From Thermoplasmata archaeon (GTDB taxonomy: Archaea; Thermoplasmatota; Thermoplasmata; Lutacidiplasmatales; UBA184), in assembly GCA_027314165.1 (NCBI GenBank), contig DAHVCH010000004.1:75784-139783 (forward strand): DNA of 64,000 bases, given 5' to 3'. Both the position numbers and the translations under genes were made by a program. The notes under the pieces were generated by a model, which did no database searches, was not told where the DNA came from, and saw nothing but the letters and a program-made list of their open reading frames with translations. Of the stretch, positions 41,942-50,600 are shown piece after piece. The number at the start of each line of letters is the position of its first letter. Position 1 is the first letter of the stretch.

Positions 41942-44900
41942 TCAGGGAGGAAGGGGAGGCGGGGGGGACGGAGGGAGGGATGGAGGGGGGGACGACGGAG
42001 GGGCCGGGGGCGCGGAAGGGTCCGGAGGGGTGGGGCTCGTCGAACCGGTCGTGGGCGCAGAGGGAGCCGCGGGGGGCTCCAGCGCTCCGGGCGAGCGCTT
42101 CTTACGACGGACCAGGAGGACGACCACCGCCAGGACAGCGACGACCGCGATGGCGAGGGCGACGTAGACGAGCGCGCCCAGCGGACCGGGGGAGCTTCCC
42201 CCTCCGGTCACGGGCAGCGTCCCGTTCCCGACAGTGATGTTCGCCCACCCGGTCCTGGTCACTCCGCCCAGGCTCACCTGGACGGTGAGGACATCCGAGC
42301 CGGGCGTCGGGCCCGCATCGAAGGCCTCGTTCATGGGGTTCAGCTGCGGATTGATGTGGCCGTCGCTCCCCTGGAGCGCCCAAATGGAAGTGAGGCCGGT
42401 CGGGCAGGCCTGGGAGCAGGTGACGTTGGCCGAGAAGAGCTGGGCACCGCCCGGCTTGACCTCCACCGCCGAAGGCTGGATCACCACCGAACGGACGACG
42501 ACCGCGCTCGTGGTGATGTCGACGGTGCCGGGGCTCCCGACGTAGAACGTCCCGTACTGAGAGGCGTTCACGAAGACCGTTTCGGAACCCACCGTGGACC
42601 CGGCGGTGAAGAGGACGTAGGCGTTGGGGGTGCTGGTGTGGTCGATCGTGCCGAGCCCGTTCGAGACCGACCAGTAGTACTCGATCCCTTCTCCCGGGCC
42701 GCACGAGAAACGGTAGGTGCACTGCGGCTGAGCGGTCAGGTTGACCGTCCCGCCCGGGACCACGCTCACCTGGTAGGGCTGGACGGAGACCCCCATGAGC
42801 GTCAGGTAGTTCGAGGGGAAGATGGTGATCGACGAGGCGTTGGCGCTGGAGCTCGTCCCCAGCGTCGCATCCACGTACACCTGGAACCCGGTGGAGTAGG
42901 CGTTCGGTCCCGCGGTGAAGGTCACCGTGGAGCTCGAGGTGGAGCTGAGGGTCCCCCAACCCGCCGCGGACATGGACCAGCTGTACGCGATCTCTCCGAC
43001 GGGACAGGCGGACGAGCAGACCGGAACGGCCACCAGGGCCTGCCGGCCTCCCGTGATGATCGTCGACGACAGAGGGGTCAGGTTGAGGGAGAGGAGGGTC
43101 GGGAGCGGGCCCGTGACGATGGTGATGGGGACCGGGGTGCTCGCGACCTTGACCCCGGCCATCGTCGCGTTCAGGAAGAGGGTGTCCTGTCCCGTCGATC
43201 CCCCCGCGGTGAACGTGTTACCGATGGTGTAGTTCCACCCCGACCGCAAGGTGCCCAGGGAGTTCGAGAGGGTCCAACTGTAGTTCATCAGGGTGTAAGG
43301 ACAGGGGAGGCCGTTCGAGCAGGTCACGGCGGTGCTGAACGCTCGGGCGGTCCCTTCGGCGAGCACGGCCATGTTGGGCGCGACGGTGACCGACGTGAGG
43401 TGGAAAGTGAGGGGCAGGATCTCGATGGAGGCATGGGTATGCCGCGCCAGCCCCTGGTAGGACGCGGTCACGTTCATCGTGAGGTTCCCGGGATAGGCCC
43501 CGGCGGTGTAACCCCCCTGGGTGCTCCCCCCGTAGTAGGTCCCCAAGGTGGTGTTGCTCACGGTCCAGGTGAACAGGGTCTCTATGGGGCAGGCTCCCAA
43601 GCAGGAGACCGTGAAGGTCGTGCTGTTGCCGGCGCCCAGCTGGACGAACGTGGGGTAGATGGAGATCTGGCCAAGGTCCGAGGAGCTTCCGAAGATCTGG
43701 ACCTCGACCTCGGAACTGCGCAGGGTCTCGCCCCCGACGTAGGCGTTGGCGTAGAGCAGCACGTACCCGTCGAGGGGCCCTGCCGTGAAGTTCACCACGC
43801 TCCCCACCGTGGTGTTGAGCGAGCCGTCCTTGGAGGAGTTCAGGGACCAGATGTAGGTCACCGGTCCCGGGCAGGGGCCGCCTATGCAGGTGGTGCTCGC
43901 GGTGAAGGAATGCGAGCCGGTGGGTGAGAGGATCACGCCGGTCGGGTTGACCGTCACGGAGGCCAGGATGGAGGTGTACGAACCGGGGGAGATGAGCGTC
44001 ACCTCTCCCGATCGGTTCTGCGCGACGAAGAAGGCCCCCACCGCACCGTCCCAGGCGACCCCCATCGGGATCCCCGTGGCGAACCGCAGCACCGAGGCCA
44101 CCAGACCGGTCGTGCCGTTGATGATGTCCACCGATCCCATCGGGCTCGTCTCGACCACCGCCCCGGTCGAGGGATCGGAGGCCAGGCCGAAGGGCAGGTT
44201 GGTCACCGACACGCTTCCCCATTCCTTCAGGCTCGTCGCGTTGACGAGCGAGAGGTTCACGGAACCCTGATTGGCCACGTAGACCCGGTCGTTGAAGGGG
44301 TTGTAGGTTAGGCCCGCCGGATTGCTCCCCACCGGCACGTGGGCCATCGCCAGATCGGTGGAGCCGTTGAGCACGGTCATGTTGCTGGCCCCGCCGTTCG
44401 AGACGAAGACCAGGCCGCTGTGGGGATCGACCGCTACGCCATCGGCCCCAAGGAACCCTCCCTCCGTCGTGAAGAGGGCGTCGGTGCTCGCGTTGATGAC
44501 CGAGACGGTGCTGCCCGCGCCTCCGCCCCCGGCGTTCGCGACGTAGACCATGCCGTTGACGGGATCGTAGGCGAGGGAGTTGGGACGCACGCCGGTCGAG
44601 ATCTTGGCCAGGACGGCGTCGGTGGAACCGTTGAGGACCCAGACGTCGTTGGAGGCGCGATTTGCGACGAACACGTGACCGTTCGAAGGATCGACGGCCA
44701 CCCCGTAGGGCTGGTCTCCGACCGCGACCGAGGCGGACACTTGCTGGAGCGTCCCGTTGATGGCGGTGAGGTTGCCCCCCACCGCGCAACAGGGGGCGGT
44801 CGAGTCAACCGCCACGAGGACCCGCCCGTTGGATGGGTCGTAGGCCACGCCGACGGGGTCGCCTCCCGTGGAGATGTTGCCGATGCGACAGCCGGTGCAC

Positions 44901-45163
44901 GAGGGACCGATCCCTGCTCCGGGCATCGCCGCGGGGCTCGCCGCGCCCGGACGGTCGAGGGCCCCCGAGCTCGGGGCGGGAACGAGAGAGGAGACGAGCG
45001 GGTGGGTCGCCCCAGCCCCTTCCGGAAGCCGGGCGGCCGCCACGGAACCCGGTCCGAGGGCCGCCAGCCCACCGGCCACCATCAGGACCACGACAAGGAC
45101 GACGGCAGGCTTCTGAACGAGCAGGGGCCCGCAACGGTTCGGCTCCGCCATACTCCTCAACAT
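41942..45163 (-). CDS. Large surface protein: signal anchor, 7-bladed YVTN beta-propeller, about 8 Ig-like (BIG2-like) Cys-pair domains, TM, Pro-rich tail
   Basis: This is the C-terminal 1070 aa of track ORF 41942..45550. The start is ATG 45163 or ATG 45151, the latter about 28 nt after a minus-strand CTTATG box. Propeller blades read VGVAYDPSNGRVLV, YGVAVDPSNGHVFVANRASNDVWVLNG and so on (about 43980-44865). The C-terminus reads LVYVALAIAVVAVLAVVVLLVRRKKR followed by a P-rich tail. Confidence 0.85.
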   Translation of the reverse strand: MLRSMAEPNRCGPLLVQKPAVVLVVVLMVAGGLAALGPGSVAAARLPEGAGATHPLVSSLVPAPSSGALDRPGAASPAAMPGAGIGPSCTGCRIGNISTGGDPVGVAYDPSNGRVLVAVDSTAPCCAVGGNLTAINGTLQQVSASVAVGDQPYGVAVDPSNGHVFVANRASNDVWVLNGSTDAVLAKISTGVRPNSLAYDPVNGMVYVANAGGGGAGSTVSVINASTDALFTTEGGFLGADGVAVDPHSGLVFVSNGGASNMTVLNGSTDLAMAHVPVGSNPAGLTYNPFNDRVYVANQGSVNLSLVNATSLKEWGSVSVTNLPFGLASDPSTGAVVETSPMGSVDIINGTTGLVASVLRFATGIPMGVAWDGAVGAFFVAQNRSGEVTLISPGSYTSILASVTVNPTGVILSPTGSHSFTASTTCIGGPCPGPVTYIWSLNSSKDGSLNTTVGSVVNFTAGPLDGYVLLYANAYVGGETLRSSEVEVQIFGSSSDLGQISIYPTFVQLGAGNSTTFTVSCLGACPIETLFTWTVSNTTLGTYYGGSTQGGYTAGAYPGNLTMNVTASYQGLARHTHASIEILPLTFHLTSVTVAPNMAVLAEGTARAFSTAVTCSNGLPCPYTLMNYSWTLSNSLGTLRSGWNYTIGNTFTAGGSTGQDTLFLNATMAGVKVASTPVPITIVTGPLPTLLSLNLTPLSSTIITGGRQALVAVPVCSSACPVGEIAYSWSMSAAGWGTLSSTSSSTVTFTAGPNAYSTGFQVYVDATLGTSSSANASSITIFPSNYLTLMGVSVQPYQVSVVPGGTVNLTAQPQCTYRFSCGPGEGIEYYWSVSNGLGTIDHTSTPNAYVLFTAGSTVGSETVFVNASQYGTFYVGSPGTVDITTSAVVVRSVVIQPSAVEVKPGGAQLFSANVTCSQACPTGLTSIWALQGSDGHINPQLNPMNEAFDAGPTPGSDVLTVQVSLGGVTRTGWANITVGNGTLPVTGGGSSPGPLGALVYVALAIAVVAVLAVVVLLVRRKKRSPGALEPPAAPSAPTTGSTSPTPPDPSAPPAPPSSPPPSLPPSPPPPLPP

Positions 45164-45473
45164 CCGGCCGGGGCCACATAAGGGTGGGTCTTCGTCCAGA
45201 CCTCCGGTCCGAGGAGGTCCGCAGGGAAAGGACCCGTCGCTCGCCACGACCTCGGCTGCGGTGGGGGAGCACGTCGGCGCTTGCGCGCTCAGAGCGGTCA
45301 TTGAAGGATGGGCCGAGCGCAGGTCCGCCGCCCCCCGGCCCGGAGGGCCGAACCATCGGAAGATCCCGCCGACGGGCCGTGTGCCCATCATGGTGCGAGG
45401 GTGAGCCCCTGACCGTTCTCGGCTATCGAAGGGCGAGCCCGCGCGACCTTGATGAGGCGCGCGCTCGGCCGGT

Positions 45474-45794
45474 CTATGCCCGTGAGGCGATGTACCGACG
45501 GAGCTTCTCGTAGATCTCGTCCCGCGTCTCGAACCTCTCGAAGTCGGCACGGTCGTGTAGGTCCCGGTAGGTCCCTCGGTGGCCCCCTTTCACCTTGAGC
45601 CGCCAGCGACCGGGCATGTCGCGGAGCGGCGCCACGTCGAGGGTCGCGCTCTTGCGCCAAGGGTGATGGCTGAACTCGGGGAAGGCGTCTAGGAACGCCC
45701 GCTGGGCCTCGGGGGGGAGACGGTCGAACTCTCGCTCGGCGGATTCGAGGAGGGTGAAGTGCTCCTTCCAGGTCGCAAGGAGCTTGGAGGGCAC
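45474..45794 (-). CDS. RelE/ParE-superfamily toxin candidate
   Basis: The 106-aa sequence reads ...AEREFDRLPPEAQRAFLDAF...LRDMPGRWRLKVKGGHRGTYRDLHDRADFERFETRDEIYEKL. It resembles the RelE/ParE pattern (L.g.pg.yRlRvG.yR.iY...v..RdevY). It lies immediately downstream of a small partner ORF. Confidence 0.6.
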   Translation of the reverse strand: MPSKLLATWKEHFTLLESAEREFDRLPPEAQRAFLDAFPEFSHHPWRKSATLDVAPLRDMPGRWRLKVKGGHRGTYRDLHDRADFERFETRDEIYEKLRRYIASRA

Positions 45795-45797
45795 CCG

Positions 45798-46034
45798 CTA
45801 CCGCCCCCTCTTGGCTCCCCAGCCCGGGTGCCGCTTCTCCGCCTCAGCGAACGTGGAACTCCGCTCCTCTCGCTCGCGCCGCTCGATCTCCCTCACAGTC
45901 TCGGGAGGGAGCCAGTCCTCGAACGCGGAGAGCAGGAACTCGTCCCAGTTCTTGTCGGAAGGTTTCAGGCGCTGGAGGAGCGCGATCGTGGAGGCGTGGG
46001 CGGGGATGCTGGACATGGGGTCGGCGGAGCTCAT
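45798..46034 (-). CDS. Putative antitoxin (archaeal VapB/RelB-like small protein)
   Basis: The 78-aa ORF ends 3 nt before the toxin start. The segment STIALLQRLKPSDKNWDEFLLSAFEDWL resembles the archaeal antitoxin pattern (..YerLk..K...eSFSdvi.rLl). Its C-terminal half is acidic/basic. Confidence 0.5.
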   Translation of the reverse strand: MSSADPMSSIPAHASTIALLQRLKPSDKNWDEFLLSAFEDWLPPETVREIERREREERSSTFAEAEKRHPGWGAKRGR

Positions 46035-46064
46035 GATTCGCTCATGAATCGGCCGGAGATAAGG
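46029..46064 (-). promoter_or_regulatory. TA-operon promoter with a tandem 11-mer / inverted repeat at the start site
   Basis: The minus-strand box CCTTATCT (forward 46057-46064) lies about 27 nt upstream of ATG 46034. Forward-strand GCTCATGATTC and GCTCATGAATC (46029-46050) form a tandem repeat with one mismatch. They contain the inverted repeat GATTC-n6-GAATC. Confidence 0.4.
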
Positions 46065-46265
46065 ATAGTGGACCTTCCACCGCTCCGCACCTGTGCCCTT
46101 CCGAGGGGACCGCCGTCAGGGAGGCCCCCTTCCGGGATGGACAGGGCTCCACTTTGCCCCGGGGTGTGCCATGATTCCACCGTTCGCAGCGCTCATAGCT
46201 GCGAACACTGCGATCCTCAGCGGGCGATTATCGCATGTTCAGCGATGGCGCGGTATATTTCAATG

Positions 46266-46270
46266 AAAAA
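46266..46270 (-). terminator. Oligo-T terminator candidate for tRNA-Pro
   Basis: A minus-strand TTTTT run begins 6 nt after the tRNA discriminator base. Confidence 0.4.
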
Positions 46271-46275
46271 TGGGA

Positions 46276-46350
46276 TGGGGCCGTCCGAATTTGAATCGGA
46301 GTCTCTTGCACCCCAAGCAAGAAGGATGGTCCAAGCTACCCCACGGCCCC
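46276..46350 (-). tRNA. tRNA-Pro (anticodon GGG)
   Basis: I folded this by hand from the minus strand. The acceptor is GGGGCCG/CGGCCCC and the D arm is GGGT-AGCTTGGACC-ATCC. The anticodon stem is CTTGC/GCAAG with loop TTGGGGT (U33, GGG, G37). The T arm is TCCGA-TTCAAAT-TCGGA, and the discriminator is A. CCA is not encoded. An ATTAAG box lies about 37 nt upstream. Confidence 0.9.
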
Positions 46351-46524
46351 ATCAGGGTGCGGCGGGCACTTCCGGGGCGTTCTTAATGGTACGCCTCGGG
46401 GCGCGCCACGGTCGACCCCGAGGAGAAGGATGGGGCCCCGTCGGGAGGGTTCGGCGGGAGGAGCGTCGGTGCGACCACCGGCGCCCCCGCCCGGGTCCAA
46501 CTGGAGGGGTTGACCCGCCCGGGG

Positions 46525-47208
46525 TCAGAGTTGGAGACGCTCGTACGGCGACCGCCATTGACCGTAGCGTAGCGTCATCTCGATCGCCAGGGTGATGGCG
46601 AAGAGCGCGACGGGGAACGGGTCCTCGGCCTCCTCCATCGAAACGTCGTGGGTCTCGACGGCCAGCATCTCCGTATGGACCGTGGCCACGGGGTCGTCGT
46701 AGGCGTCGAGGAGGCGGACGTCCCCATGGTGCTCTCCCGGCGCCATCTTCAGGACCGGTCGACCGGTAGGAGAGTCGAGGATCCCCTCCTGGCCCTTGAA
46801 CGAAAGGAACATCCGGACGGTCTGGTCGGGGCTGGCGAGGCAGTAGATCGAGGCGTTCTCCTCGTTCGCTACGGCCTCCTTGTACCCGTGGTACCCCATG
46901 TGAACGAGGTTGCGCGCACCCTCCGCCTGGTGGTCCTCGGTACGCTGACGCCAGAGGAGCGCGAGCGTCGTGCCGGGCGGGCCCTGGACCGTCCAGGCCC
47001 CGTTCTGGAACCACTCCACAAGACCTCGACGGTTCTTCTGGGCATCCTCGACGAAGTACGCTTCCACGTCCTTCCTGTCGCGCTGGAGCAGGAAGCGAGG
47101 CAGTCCCAGGACCCCCCAGGCCTGGGCGAGGTCGCCCGTCGCGAAGTTCTTGTCGTCAAGGGCGGCGGTATCGATGTTCGGAGGGGCGTAAGGAGCCCGG
47201 TCGACCAT
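46525..47208 (-). CDS. Hypothetical protein (possible Tubby-C/LOR-like fold; orphan)
   Basis: This runs from ATG 47208 within track ORF 46525..47295. Coding periodicity is present, but with noticeably more A/T-ending codons than the core genes. The C-terminal hydrophobic helix reads DPFPVALFAITLAIEMTL. I do not confidently recognise a family. Confidence 0.6.
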   Translation of the reverse strand: MVDRAPYAPPNIDTAALDDKNFATGDLAQAWGVLGLPRFLLQRDRKDVEAYFVEDAQKNRRGLVEWFQNGAWTVQGPPGTTLALLWRQRTEDHQAEGARNLVHMGYHGYKEAVANEENASIYCLASPDQTVRMFLSFKGQEGILDSPTGRPVLKMAPGEHHGDVRLLDAYDDPVATVHTEMLAVETHDVSMEEAEDPFPVALFAITLAIEMTLRYGQWRSPYERLQL

Positions 47209-47666
47209 GCAACTCCCAAGTGCGGAGGTCATAGATGTGCTGTTGGGCCGGTTCGCGGCCCAGGCCCTGGGGTGCTCGCTTGGACCCGCCCCCACGGCGA
47301 GCCGGCGTGTCGACCTGCCTGTCCGCCTCCTTCGACACCGCCGGCCTCCCTGCTCCCGGGGTATCGTCGCACCCTCGCCCTAGCCCACATGGGCCGGGTG
47401 CTCCACCGGGACCCCGTAGATTGCGCGGACGCACCGCTGCCCTCGTGGGAGATCCGTGGAAATGTGGGGTCGAGGTCGTCCGCCCCAGGGATGGTACCGA
47501 GCATGTTCAGTCCATCTGATCCGGTTTGGACCGCGGGCCGGGAGTGGTCGCACCACTGCGGATCATGATCGGGAGCTGAACCCTAAGGGGGGCGAATCCC
47601 GCGAAGCAGCAGTACGCCGACCCCGGTGGGAGGGGGCGTGCCCGTACCGGGAAGGGGCACAAACCA

Positions 47667-47676
47667 TTGTTATATT
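47667..47676 (+). promoter_or_regulatory. TATA box candidate for the giant surface-protein gene (leaderless spacing)
   Basis: TTGTTATATT is centred about 23 nt upstream of ATG 47696. Confidence 0.5.
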
Positions 47677-47695
47677 GGCAGACTTTCGACCGGCA

Positions 47696-50600
47696 ATGAC
47701 TCGCGACCGCTCGCGCTTGTTGTCGGACCAGGCCTCCGTCGACCACGCCCTTACGGTCCACGAATCCCCCGGCCGTTGGTGGCGATGGGTGTCCGTCGTG
47801 ATCATGCTCCTCATGGTCACCTCGGCCCTATCGGCCACGGGGCTGGCAGGTCACCCGGCGTCCCCCAAGCTTCCCGAGGGTGCATCGCCCGGTAGCTCGG
47901 TCGCACCCCAGGGCGGATCGCGGTTGGTCGCGCCGGTCGCCGGGGCTAACGCGGCCACAAACCCGACATCCTCGCCCCCGGTTTCGTCCCGGGCACCGCC
48001 GGGATCATCGAGGTCGAACCCTTCGGCCTCCCCGCACTCAGGATCTCCTCTCTCCGCAGCTCCCTCTCCTCCTCCTGCGCCCGTCCGGCCGACCTCACCC
48101 TCGCCGCCGGTGACACCTCAGCCACCTACCCCCGCACGGGCTTCCCTGGACCCCGCCTCGGGTCATGCCCGAAGGCTAGCTGGCCCAGGTTCCCCCGAGA
48201 CCTCCTCGGCGATCTCATCGTGGACCCTCTCGTCCATCACCGGTCCCCTCCCCGCCACGGTGACCGCCACGGGAGGCGGCGCCGTCCCGAGCTCAACGAT
48301 CACATTCGCGGCGTCGAACCCCGGCGAGGTCGTCTTCACGGCCGCGCCGTGCACGGCGAGCTCCGCCGGCGCCTTCAGCTGCTCGCTGACCGTCACGGCC
48401 TCCCCGAACACCGCCCAGACGTTCACGGCGAATGACGGAACCGGGCCGGTCACCTCCTCGAACTCCTTCACCGCCATCCCCACGTGGTCCCTCTCCCCCA
48501 GCACCGGGACCCTTCCCACTCCCGTCACCGCCACAGGCACCGGGTTCGCATCGAACGCCGGGGTCCTCTTCGCAGCGACCCAGCCCTCGCAGGTTTCGCT
48601 CTCCTCCTCCCCCTGCACGAGCTCCGCCACCGGTAGCTTCAGCTGCGCACTGACCGTGACGGCCGCGCCGAACATCGGCGAGACCTTCACCGCCACCACC
48701 ATCGCCACGATCCCCGTCGCGACCCATCCGGTGGGGATGGCGTTCGATTCGGCGAACAACGCGGTGTACGTGGCGAACAATGGCGCGGGTAGCGTGAGCG
48801 TCATCTCCGAGGCCACCGGGACCGTCACCGCCACCATCGCCGTGGGAGGAGCCACCGCGGGGGTCGGGGTCGACGCTGCGACCAACACCGTCTACGTCTC
48901 GAACTGGGGCACGAACAGTTTGGACGTGATCGACGGCGCCACCAACTCCCTCATCACGACGATCCCCGTGGGAACCACGCCGGATGGAGTAGGGGTCGAC
49001 AGCGCGACCGACACCATCTACGTCGCGAACTGGGGTTCGAACAGCGTGAGCGTGATCGACGGGGCCACCAACTCCGTCATCACCGTGGTGCCTGTAGGAG
49101 CTGGGGCCGGTTGGCTCGGGGTGGACAGCTCGACCAACACGGTGTACGAGTCCAACAACAACGGGCAAAGCGTCAGCGTGCTGAACGGCGCCACCTACGC
49201 CGTCATCGCCACCATCCCCGTGCAGAACTGTCCCGTTCAAGTGGGAGTGGACACGGGAACCAACATGGTCTACGTCGCCAACTACTGTTCGGACACGCTT
49301 AGCGTGATCAGCGCAGCGACCAACAGCGTGACCAACGTCATCTCGGGGGCAGTGAGCCCCTGGGGCGTCTGGGTGAACAGTGCGACGAACACCATCTATG
49401 TCACGAACAACGGCGCCGCCACGTTGAGCTTGATCGACGGCGCCACGAACTCCGTCACCACCACATTCGGTGTGGGTTCCCAGCCGGAGGGTGTGGGAAT
49501 GGACCCCAGTACCGGCACCGTGTTCGTCGCGAACTACGGGTCGAACAGTGTGAGCGTGATCAGCGCCGCGACCACATCGTCCAACGCCTTCACTGCCGCC
49601 CCGTCCTGGTCCGTCTCTCCCACCAGCGGCGTTCTCCCGGTCACGCTCACCGCCACCGGGACCGGCTTCCAACCCAACGCGGCGATCACCTTCGCGGCCA
49701 CCACTCCTGCTCAGGTGGCGCTCACCCAGACACCCTGCACCAGCAACGCCGCGGGGAGCTTCTCCTGCACCCTCACCGTGACCGCTTCCCCCAACGTCGC
49801 GGAGACGTTCACGGCCGCCGACGGGGTCAACACCGTCACCTCCTCCAACACGTTCACCGCGACCCCGTCCTGGTCCGTTTCTCCTACCAGCGGCACTCTG
49901 CCCGCCACGCTCACCGGCACCGGGACCGGCTTCAAGCCCAACGCGGCGATCACCCTGGCCGCCACCAATCCTACTCAGGTGACCTTCACCCAGGGCCCCT
50001 GCACCAGTTCCGCCACGGGGAGCTTCTCATGCTCCCTCGTCGTGACCGCCGCACCCCGGCTCGGCGAGACCTTCACGGCCAACGACGGGACGAACACCGT
50101 CACCTCCTCCAACACCTTCACGGCCACCTCCAGCCTCACGCTCTCGGTCGCCGCCGGGGTCGTGGGAACCGCGCTGACCGTGAGCGGAACAGGGTTCGCT
50201 CCCGGCCCGGGGACGGTCACCGTCTCCTGGACGGACTCCAACGGGAACACCGCCTCGGTGTGCTCGGGCGTCGTCCTGAGCGCCACCGGGAGCTTCTCTT
50301 GCATCGGCTACACCCTCCCACCGAGCACTTTTGGCATAGGGACCTTCGCGGCGGGGGACTCCAGCGGGAGCACGGCCTCGACCACGTTCCTCATCCTCCC
50401 GGCGGTCCTCGCCACGCCCACCACGGGATCCGTCGGCACCGTCGTCACCTTCTCCGGCAACGGGTTCTCCCCGAACTCGGCCCTGACGATCGCGTGGTCG
50501 GGGAACGCGTTCGGGAGCCCCACCTGTCCGGCGACGACCGACGGCTTCGGGAGCTTCACCTGTACCCCCTACACGTCCCCCCCGATGCCGACGGGAACCT

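Noticed and set aside
41942-42190. A PGF-CTERM / archaeosortase-type sorting signal on the surface proteins.
   Set aside because: No PGF-like motif precedes the TM segments, and the post-TM tails are 40-110 aa, far longer than sorting-signal tails.
41040-46350. An integrated mobile element at tRNA-Pro.
   Set aside because: No integrase, recombinase or transposase ORF was found, and no duplicate of the tRNA 3' half was seen by eye. This is retained only as a hypothesis within the island finding.
47555-47600. A C/D-box sRNA candidate (ATGATCG ... CTGA).
   Set aside because: The C box deviates from RUGAUGA, and the CTGA follows after only about 10 nt. No terminal stem or D'/C' boxes are present.
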